Assembly: GCA_000934665.2 (NCBI GenBank)
Contig: JYFJ02003182.1
Location: forward strand, 1 to 45,345
Length of the DNA: 45,345 nucleotides
DNA from: Catajapyx aquilonaris
Taxonomy: Eukaryota
Direction: 5' to 3'
Positions 1 to 9,300 of the stretch are shown one piece after another (the stretch's first letter is position 1; the number at the start of each line of letters is the position of its first letter). The translations under genes and the position numbers were made by a program. A model generated the notes under the pieces. It made no database searches. It had not been told where the DNA came from and was given only the letters and a program-made list of their open reading frames with translations.

Positions 1-699
1 AGAAAGGGCGCCACAAAATTCAACAGTCACCATAAAATATTGATAAAATATTTGATTTAGGTTACAATTTTCAGCCTTATTAGTGTAATAGTATTAGTGT
101 AATAATTTGTGTTTCAGTTATATTAAGTAAAAAAAGGCATATTCATTATACAGTATGTTATCAGAAACCATTATTTTCGCGGTTTTTTCAGTTTTTCCCG
201 CCACTTCTTCCTTTTCGGTTTGGAATCCCTATTTTTACAACACAAAATGTAGCTGGTGATCAGTGCAAAACGGCAAAGCATTTACTTGTTACCATCGGCA
301 GAAACTATGAACACTTAATTTCTTCTTCTTTTTTTCATCTTGATAAAAGGAGTGTTTTACTTAGTGTTTTGAAAAATGCTTTCGTTCGAGAGAATGGTGG
401 AAAGAAATACAACAATTATAATAAATTAATTGGCGAATTGAAATTGGGTGGAGGTCTTGGAGTTTTCTTTTTTTGGGGTACTCAAGTGTACTCCTTGAAT
501 TTGGTACTCCGGTGTACATTTTACAGTCGAGTGGGTACCCCCTCGGGTTTCACTTTGTATTTCCTTTTTATTGTAAGCGTGCCAAAGGTTTTCCCTTTCA
601 TTTCTTCCATTGATTCTTCTGCCTTCTCTCTTGCTTTGTCACAAGTTACTGATATATGTCACCTACCAGTCCTGTTGATAAACCTACACCCACACCCAC

Positions 700-1492
700 A
701 TCTTGGAAAATGCCCATCTTGGAAAATGGCGGCTGAAATCCCATTTTTCGACATATATTGAACAAAGGAAATTAGATTTCTGGCATAATGGCAAGGTTTA
801 TCAAAATAATGATAAGAATAGATTTTATGGGCAATTGCATAGCAAACATTTTTTGTTAAAAACATTTTAATAACATGTGTATTTTCCGAGATAAGAGTGA
901 AAAATTGGATTTCGGCCGCCATTTTTCAACATGGCGGCCGTCGCACAGCGTGGATTTCAGAGGACTTTTAGTATGTTACAAGCAGCCCCTGGACACTTCT
1001 ATCCTGGCGCAATAGAAAAGGCCGATCCGTTATTCCTTCCCGCAGCGGCGCTAGCAAAAACAATGGAATTTCGCTGTGCGTGTCGTTCATTCGCCATCAC
1101 TTCGCCATAACTAGCGACCCTCCTCCCGATTACTAGGTTTATCAGCGACCCCCCTCCCGATTACTACCGATAGCGTATACCAAGATGGCCGCAATATGTG
1201 AGATGTTCACGATCCAGGTCACATCATGGCGACCTCCAGTCAGCGCCACGGCGGGATTGAGTAACGGAACGCAAGATGGCGGGGAGTTTCCCGACCTCTC
1301 CTTCCAAGACCGTGGTTACAAGGGTGATCAAATACTACACATACACCAAATCTCTTGCTTGTAAGGATTTTTTAACATGAGGCCAACATTTTGGTCTAAA
1401 ATGACTGCACTACTATGCCCATCCTCGCGCGCCAAATCAAAAACCCTCAGGACATCATAATAATTATGATGTACTTACCGTCAAAGGGTTAA
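700..1492. repeat. older repeat remnant with ATGGCGGC motifs and a piggyBac-like end, interrupted by MITE copy 1
   Basis: AAAATGGCGGC at ~723, GCCGCCATTTT at ~915, ACATGGCGGC at ~929; ends in GTCAAAGGG|TTAA (1480-1492). Left boundary not identified. Confidence 0.3.
983..1314 (+). mobile_element. 332-bp non-autonomous DNA element (hAT-like MITE), copy 1
   Basis: Flanked by an exact 8-bp TSD GTTACAAG (975-982 and 1315-1322); termini CA...TG; matches the reverse complement of 22540-22871 except at one base (1214 vs 22640); internal 23-bp direct repeat AGCGACCC(T/C)CCTCCCGATTACTA. Confidence 0.9.
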
Positions 1493-1579
1493 TATAAGGA
1501 GGGGTGGAGGCGCAGGCGGGAGGGAGGGAGGGAGTATGACAAAATTGTTGGATAAGCATCATTAACAACATGACCTACA

Positions 1580-1632
1580 CCGCAGGCCGCAGGCCTAGAA
1601 AAAACCGAGCGAAGCGAGGGGTATTCAAGTAG
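1580..1632 (+). mobile_element. Helitron-like 3' terminus remnant
   Basis: CCGAGC-GAA-GCGAGG mini-hairpin (1605-1619) followed about 10 nt later by GTAG (degenerate CTRR end); preceded by a CCGCAGG tandem. Confidence 0.45.
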
Positions 1633-1893
1633 CTCATATAATTCTATAGAAACCCTCTCTCATCTCATTCTCCCAGCTTTCCGCCAAGATAATTATCTCA
1701 TATCTGTCATTGTTTTTTCAACACTTCTGAGTCTATTACCATCCTGGAGGACTCATTTACCATATATTTAGGTCCAGCAGAAGCAGAACACTGGTGTGAG
1801 TGTCCTGGTCCGTTGAATGAAGCTCACATTGAATCTGCCTGTTTAGGTAATTAAAATTTTATCCATTCATGTAAACAAATTGAAACGAAGTTC

Positions 1894-1899
1894 TTTATT
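1894..1899 (-). terminator. probable nkd polyadenylation signal (AATAAA), implying a ~1.9 kb 3' UTR
   Basis: Plus-strand TTTATT at 1894-1899, followed on the minus strand by a T/GT-rich tract (CTTCGTTTCAATTTGTTT); no long ORF lies between it and the stop codon. Confidence 0.5.
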
Positions 1900-3789
1900 T
1901 ACACTGTCTTACTTATAATCTACATTTTTTTCTACACAGACGCACCATCACATGTAAAACAAACATTGTTCAGAGTGTACAATGATTGACAAGCTAACGA
2001 AATGCAGCGAGTTCTGGACTTTTTGAGAAAACGGAATGATTTTCGCAACCAGTGCCATAAAAACTGGCACCATCTGGATAAATTATTACTTCATATAAAG
2101 TTTCAGAAAATCTTATCCCATTACGGAACTAATATTGTATACAGAATGGTCTGTCCAGTCTTTTGTTCCACTTTTCTTCGTGCCAAGAAATATGATATAA
2201 ATAATTAACATAAATACACACCTGAGTTGCAAAGTATCATATTTTGTACGCATAAATATTACATCACCTTGTACTCAAGTTGTTCACATTGCAGGGCACT
2301 ATTTACTCTGTACATCATTAACATCTTGCCATTTACACACTCTCCATTCAACTAGATTTCAGATTTCACAAATGAGCATTCAAGATATGCAATCGCATCT
2401 CAAGCACATTTCTACAGGCTTTTAAAATGCTAACATACCGTAAGCATCTTCATGGCATGAAATAGTATGAGGCGGTTTGCAATTAAGTTTTTAAAAATTG
2501 GGCTCTCTCAAGTTGTACAGAAATGTTACATTTTTATGAAATCCTTCATGCAAGTAGCCAGTAAGCATAAGGCTAGTCTTCAGGATAGATCTAATGACAC
2601 TGACAACAGATATTGTAAGCTTTGGTATGAGGCAGGGATCAGCAACCTAGAGTTTCATACCTGCACCATTTTTGGTGGGCATGAAGTGCTTTACAACTGA
2701 AATCACCACATGCATCAACTTGAACAAAATTGTCACTGTGAAAGTTTCATTACATCATGATGGTGTTAACTGCACAAAAGAACTTACAGGCAAGAGGTTG
2801 CCAACCCCTTGGGCAAGGAATCAAACCCAAAATAACAATTGAGGTAGATGGATGATACTGATCACTTAATAACATAAGTTAAGGGCAAAAAAAAAGATGT
2901 CATTTCGGATGTGCAATGGCGCAAAAAAAAATCAGCTTGACTTGCACGTGTTGAGATATTGTACTGTTGAGACATTTGCAGTAGTCTGCATGGAATGAAA
3001 AAGTTTTGGATTTCACAAACTGCAGTCCATCATGTTTTTCTTGAACATTATTTTATCATGGCCTTGTCCATTTCATTAAAAATTACTCATTTTGTATGTT
3101 CCACTGATGCAATATTATTAATGGCTGGAATATTCATTGCTATGAAACTGAAGTTTATCAAGTAGCATTCTAGGTCTCTTTACGTACAACATCATCTTAA
3201 AATCGGTACCAACTTTCTGTTTACTTGCAAGAGCCACAAATATAACAATTCTCCCATTATAAAAATGGCTTCCTCATTTACTAAACCCAATTGTAGGAGA
3301 TGCCAGGGTAAATTAATTATGAACCGGGTTGTTTCAAAAAAACGTAACAAAAATAGAAATTGAATTATTGTGATGAGATTCAAATGTGTGAAAACTGCAG
3401 CTCACTTTCAATCCACAACAAGACACAAACCACTGACAGAAACAAAATTTTCTCTCCTTTAAAAAAAAAAAAAACTCACTCAAACAAGAGATTCTGCCCT
3501 AGATGTGGCTCAAACTCAGGTTATCTGTGTAAAATAGGGAGAGAACGAAGAGGTGGTATCATTGTTGATTTGGTTCACACATCAGGACAGAAAATTCCAA
3601 AAATTTCCCAATTCCATTTTCGGACCATGGGGAAATTTTTGCAGCAACTGAATTTAAAAAACCAAAAAGTCAACTTGCCATCAAATGTTTTAGATGAAAA
3701 CTATATCTTCAACAATGAGACCACCATATGAGAATTTTCTATACTCAGTTCCTTGTCACATTACAACCCACTCCAGTAACACATGAGAT

Positions 3790-4558
3790 TTACACAATAA
3801 TTGGTGTCTCCTGGTAGTGATGGTAATGGTGGTGGATGTGCTCATGGACATGATGGTGCTCATGCCTCTCCGTGAGCAAGGGGCTCCCAACCTTTCCAGC
3901 TGGCTTCTTCTCCTTCCCCAGGTGCTCCCTCTCCAGCCAACTGATGACTTGTGCCATTGCCCTTGCTCTCTCTTGCTCTCGGTTCCGGTGACGCTGCTGG
4001 TGATGTGGTGATGAACTGTGGCCGTGCTTCCCAGGTCGTGACTTGGGCGACTGCCCCTCATAGTTGTCATGTGACCTTGACCTGGTGTGCACTGCTTTGT
4101 TCTCCTTCTCACCACTGCTCTCTTGAGAGTCCTTTTCCAGCAGGTGGTACCTGAAGACATGTGCATTGTGGCTAAGGTCATGTGACCTAGACCGATGATG
4201 ACCTGGCTTGCCCCTCCCAGCACTATTGCACAGGTGATGGTGCAGGTGCTCACACACTTTGGCATGCTGCTTAGAACACAGATGATTGCCACCATGTGAG
4301 CCACCTTCCAAGAGTTTGTATTTGTTACAAGGGATGTCTGAATGATGTTGATGATGTGTCGAAGAGTGCCAGGAGTAGTTGAGCTTAGCTGGAAGATGAT
4401 CGACTCCGGCCAGGTCCTGGTAGTAATGGCGGCGATAAATACAGTCACCACCTCCTGTCAGTGCTTCCTCCTTGGTCAATTCTGTTCCTCGACAGTGTGG
4501 ATGCAAGTTTTGCTTCTGGTGAGAGTGAGACTGGTGACCATCGTTCATGAAGTGCCTC
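3790..4558 (-). CDS. nkd: nkd coding exon 5 (His-rich C-terminus)
   Basis: Acceptor CTCACTTGCCTTCATTCCAG|G at 4558 restores frame with the phase-2 donor; contains RRHYYQDLAGVD, REQERARAMAQVISWLEREHL and HEHHHVHEHIHHHYHHYQETPIIV; TAA at 3792-3790. Confidence 0.92.
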
Positions 4559-4989
4559 CTGGAATGAAGGCAAGTGAGCATAACATCTTTTGTCTTTCAG
4601 TACTGAATGAAATTGGCAAAATTAAACATAAAAATGGAACTTCTGCACTTATGAAGTAATGAGTATTAAGGAATTTGTATTGTGGAAGAATAATAATTTG
4701 TTCCAAGCAATTTCTCACTTGCATATATATTACATTGAGGAACCATCACTATGATAGCTACACCTGGCATTTACAGAGAATGACTGCACAAGCCAGTGAA
4801 CAGAATTAGAGCTAAACTAACAAAAAATTATCAAATATTAATCAAGTATTTTTCTTGTTATGACACTAATGCATATGAAATGAAATTTAAGTAACACTGT
4901 TTAGTGTTTATACTGTAACTTCAAATATAATTATTATGCTTTGCCTAGATATCCTAGATGACAATAAGATCACCAACACATTTACATTT

Positions 4990-5065
4990 CGACGCCTAAG
5001 GATTATATTGTCGTATGTCCAATGTTAAAACATACGACATACGACAATATAATCCTTAGGCGTCG
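4990..5065. mobile_element. 76-bp palindromic miniature element with 30-bp perfect inverted repeats in nkd intron 4
   Basis: CGACGCCTAAGGATTATATTGTCGTATGTC (4990-5019) and its exact reverse complement (5036-5065) around a 16-nt spacer; ATTT on both sides (4986-4989, 5066-5069) as a candidate 4-bp TSD. Confidence 0.7.
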
Positions 5066-5108
5066 ATTTGGCATGCAGTTTAAAAAACCATCTGCTGACA
5101 CAACTTAC

Positions 5109-5656
5109 TGTTGTTGCAGTCCAAGGTTATTCTTCTCCATGTTGGCCTTGATGATCTCCAACAGATCCTGCCTCTGCAAGGAAGCCACCTGCTCACGACA
5201 CCTCCTCCGGCTCTGGCCTGGGGACATGCTGCATTCCCGAAACAGTTCCGGGGACAGGTGGCGGCAGTAAGCATGGTGGTACCTCACTGAACGGAACTTC
5301 CGGGAAGACTTTTCTGGAGAAGGAGAGCTCCAGTCCTTCACTTTGGCCTCTTTGTCCTTCAACAGATCCTTGAACTCCTTCACTGAACTCTCACTCAGTG
5401 AATTCAAGCTGTTGTTGTTCTTCTGGCAGTTGTCTTTCACCAGTGGTACTGCCATTGCATTGTTCTCCTTGATGGTTACATTGACTCCCTTCCTAGACTG
5501 TGGAATTATGATGGATGCCCTCACGTTGTTCACCTTTTCATCGCGCTTGTCAGGCGACACTGCTAGCTTCACCTTGATCGTCTTGCTGCCTCCTTGTGGA
5601 ACTTTGATGGTAGTTCCCACTGCGTCATAAATGGTCCTCACTAGGCCTGCGATATC
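5109..5656 (-). CDS. nkd: nkd coding exon 4 (rest of EFX domain; insect-type 30-aa motif)
   Basis: Acceptor GCAG|GAT; reads DIAGLVRTIYDAVGTTIKVPQGGSKTIKVKLAVSPD...QRQDLLEIIKANMEKNNLGLQQ; donor CA|GTAAGT at 5108 (phase 2). Confidence 0.94.
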
Positions 5657-6015
5657 CTGCGATTAAAGGTTAATAATCACTAAAGGTGTCGAAGAAAGTT
5701 GCAGCTTATTAAAGAGAATTCCTGAAAAACTGGGCCCAAAAATTGCAGGAGCATTATGAATGCACAAATAACTCACCTCGACTCACTAAGTTTCATAAAG
5801 TCTTTTTCCCAATAATAAGGGCTTCAAAATGGTTTTTTATTCCTCCCAAAGTTCAAAGGATTCACCCCTTTCTACCGACTGCTACTGATTACATTGCCAT
5901 TTTATTAAAACAGGCAGCATGTCTTATATTGCAGGTCAATTTGCTTCATTGTCAGGGGATCAAAGGAAAATTTACCCACTGACGTCCTTTGGTATATACT
6001 AATATTCAGACTCAC

Positions 6016-6123
6016 ATCTTTTGTGATCTTGCCATGGCCATCAAAGTCATACAAGGTAAATGAGAACTCTTGCCGTTCTTGGCCGGTATCACCTCCTTCC
6101 ACAGACACATCGCACTCGAACTC
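6016..6123 (-). CDS. nkd: nkd coding exon 3 (EF-hand, first part of the EFX domain)
   Basis: Acceptor TTTACCAG|GAG; reads EFECDVSVEGGDTGQERQEFSFTLYDFDGHGKITKD; donor GAT|GTGAGT at 6015. Confidence 0.96.
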
Positions 6124-6202
6124 CTGGTAAATCAAAACACATTAGTGAATTCATCAACACTTTTTAGTACTCGTATTTAAATGGTCAAAAGTGGACAATC
6201 AC

Positions 6203-6360
6203 CTCAAAATTTAGTTCGCGCTTCTTTTCTGTTTCTAGAGGCGATTCGCTCTTCTCCGGCCCATCTTTCCCAGACAGATTCTCCTTGGAATGCAGGTAGT
6301 CCTTCGACAGCAGTTCTTCTATGTCCGACGCCTTTCCTTCGCTATCCTCAGACGGCAGCA
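6203..6360 (-). CDS. nkd: nkd coding exon 2
   Basis: Acceptor TCTTGTCTATTTGCAG| before 6360; reads (V)LPSEDSEGKASDIEELL...KRELNFE; donor GAG|GTGATT at 6202; followed by a 79-nt intron. Confidence 0.88.
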
Positions 6361-9300
6361 CTGCAAATAGACAAGACATCAGCAACGAGCTAACCCCTTC
6401 TCTACATATAATCTAGCCTCCAGGCCAATAGGGCCTGATTAGACCTCAATGTTGATAAGGACATATATTCAGAGCAACCCCCCCTTTGCAGATGAGGAGA
6501 TTCACCCACATGCATATAAAATGTATGGAGACTAGATGATGACAAATGCTGGCACCTCAGCCCAGGCATTAGCGCCCATTGGACTAGATTTTAATCGTGG
6601 TGTGGGCAACCCACGCCCGCAATGATTGTGTGCGATGATTCAGAATAGGGCATTCATCGTCACAGACAGCGTTAGATGGGAGCTAGAGAGAGCGCGTGAC
6701 TGGGAGTGGGCAAGAACTCTCTTGCATTATGACCACCGCCGCCATCTCCTCATTTCTCCCCCTCCTCCACCTACTATAACCAACCCCTTTTAAAAGCATT
6801 TTGACAGTAAATCGATACTTGACCGTTTTCACCACCAGCAGTGCCCCTGCCAGGCACAGACCTGAAGGGACACTTGTCCACTTATGTTCCACCCTTTGGA
6901 CTGTACACGTGCTTATTCTGCACGTTGTTGCGAGGGAGGAGTATACAATGCAGGTCGTTATGTATGGGCAAACATTTTAGAGGTTTCCGGAAATTGTCTA
7001 GGGTTTATTCGGGCGAGGGCAGCTCCACGATTTCATCATTCTTCCAAGGGCCAAGGGGATTTGGACAATCGTTGTGGGCAGAGGCATTGTATGTTCATAT
7101 GGCTCGATAAATGCGCAACCAGGATTTTCATTTTCCGAGCTCTGAAAGTACGCTCGGATAATTCTGCATATTTCAGATCAAATTTTGTCAACCACGAGCG
7201 TACTCAACTATGAAAATTTTCAGTCGCATTCAATGTGACAGACTATCGTCCTTGACCGTGTAACGAAGTCGCAGCGTGTAAACGTAAAAGCCATAATACA
7301 CTGTCATGTCATAACAGCTCGCACACGTGTCAATTACGGCACGCTCCATATAACCTATTTTTAGTCCCTGAAGGTCTTACATCCGGGGGTCAAAATCCTA
7401 TCCATTTAACCCATAATACTTACCCACTAAGCCACTTATTTTTTTACCCTCTTTTCCCGGCTTCCAGACCGATACACTTACGGAGTAATTCCCTTCGAGT
7501 CACAACAGCCCTTGTGTCCCATTAATCTCTCAACGCGTGACGTGTCAGGGATCAAACTTCACACGGCCTGGATACGGTTTACGCTAACTTGACTCACTGT
7601 TCCTTGACATTGCTTGGCACCCTTCCAGACATCCATCCTAAGGTCATTACCAATTCCTCTTCCTCTTCATCAATAAATCCAGACGTTCACCCGCCCAAAG
7701 CACGTGGGCACCCTTTTTTTTAAAAGCCCCACCAACAATATGACTCATACGGATGTAAAAAAAAATGATTCATGAAACTCAGGAGCTAGAAATAATGCAC
7801 TTCCTCTATTTCTCCTACCAGGCCAATAAATCTCACTCCGTAATTAGAGGGCAGCCTCGTTTCCTGCAGTGACGTACGCATAATATAAAGGTCACACATG
7901 CCAGATGGCTTCTGCTGCATGAATAATAAGTGGAAGCAAACAATGTCTTCCTCTAGAGACCTATTTGTTATGTAGATGGCAGCTGGGTCCAAAATATGGG
8001 ATGGAATGTGAGCTCTAGGGATTCGCGCCAGTTTTTGCAACTAAAAAAATGGCGAAGAGAAATGAAACGGGCGGGAAAACTCCCAACTCGATTAGCAATT
8101 TAATGCTGTTTTTTTGGGATAGTGGAAGTGTCCAGGGTGGCCTAAAATCGATTCGTCATGGTTGAAAACAAATGTGTTTGAGTCCCCAACTGGCCTTGCT
8201 TTCAAGAAGAAAGAAAAAAAACAGTACAACAAATGCGAGTGTTCCATTAGGAGATGAGTTGAATTAACAATTGATGCATTCCAGGAACGGTTCGTGATCG
8301 CGTCAAATGAGTCGTTCTCAAAGAGAATATGTTATTGCTGCTTGGTAACAAATCGGGCTTAATTTTGGGGCCAGAAAAAAAATTTGCATGCAGCGGTACC
8401 CTACAGAAGTAACGGCGGCCTACGGATGAATTGGTAGGAAGGAACCCTAGTGCATCCATCAATCCATCAAAAGGCTGCATTGCGGCCTTGGGCTAGCCAG
8501 GAGAGGAGAGGATAGGAAAAGGTGAACCAGCCAGTTGAAGGGGCGGCCCTAGGGACATAAATCACTCTGGCGGTGCTGCCTTTCTCGGAGCGGCTCCATT
8601 CACGCCCAGCAAAACCCCCGTCAAGGACAAAGGAGGCCGCTGCCTGACCACTTGTCTCCCCTCTTCAAAAACCTCCACCAACACATGAATCTCAGCTTTT
8701 TCTTCAATTTACCCGAATTTACCCACCAAAAAATATTGTTAATCCCTGCTGAGAAAAATTTTGGTAGCTTTTTTTTTTCAAGTCTAATATCGGATAAAGT
8801 ATCTTGGTATCGAGCTGGAAGAAAATCGAACTCCATGGGGAGGATATTAAAGTGAAGCTAGTGATCCAGAATATGCCATCAGTGCCGCTTGTGATGGACC
8901 TGCCAATATTTCATAACTCCGGACGACATGAAAAAGCCTGAGAAAAATGTCGGGGAGAACTGTCTTTGCCCGATTAATAAAGATCCAGATGGAGGAAGTA
9001 TTGGCTGAAAATATCGGATTCTTTGTTGCTTATATTGGCATGCATTTTACAATGTTAGAAGTACGTTCACCAATGCTTAACAGCGTGACTGATGTTAAAT
9101 ATCATTTGAATTACAACACGACATTCGATCTTCCGACCCGTAAAACACAGCAATAACAAGGCAGCACTAAAAAAGAAAATCGCATCACAAAAGATTGCAA
9201 GACACCCTGTCACGACATCGCATGCAGGCCACGGGCCGTGTTAATGAGCAAATTAGCCCCAGTTTTTGTCTCACAATATTATTAGCCATTCGGCCTGCTT

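Noticed and set aside
1113..1166. 23-bp direct repeat resembling a CRISPR repeat
   Set aside because: Only two units with a spacer under 10 nt, inside a eukaryotic transposon, and no cas genes.
983..1314. The 332-bp repeat as a SINE, solo LTR or ncRNA gene
   Set aside because: No poly(A) or simple-repeat tail and no clear Pol III A/B boxes; ends are CA...TG rather than TG...CA; the TSD is exactly 8 bp in both copies.
3756..4451. 231-aa alternative-frame ORF overlapping nkd exon 5
   Set aside because: It is the shifted reading of His/Ser-rich CAY-repeat codons, which rarely produce stops; it has no domain, and the conserved Nkd motifs are in the other frame.
4559..4581. ATG start of the 263-aa ORF (MLTCLHS)
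   Set aside because: This is the polypyrimidine tract and acceptor of intron 4; the exon starts at 4558.
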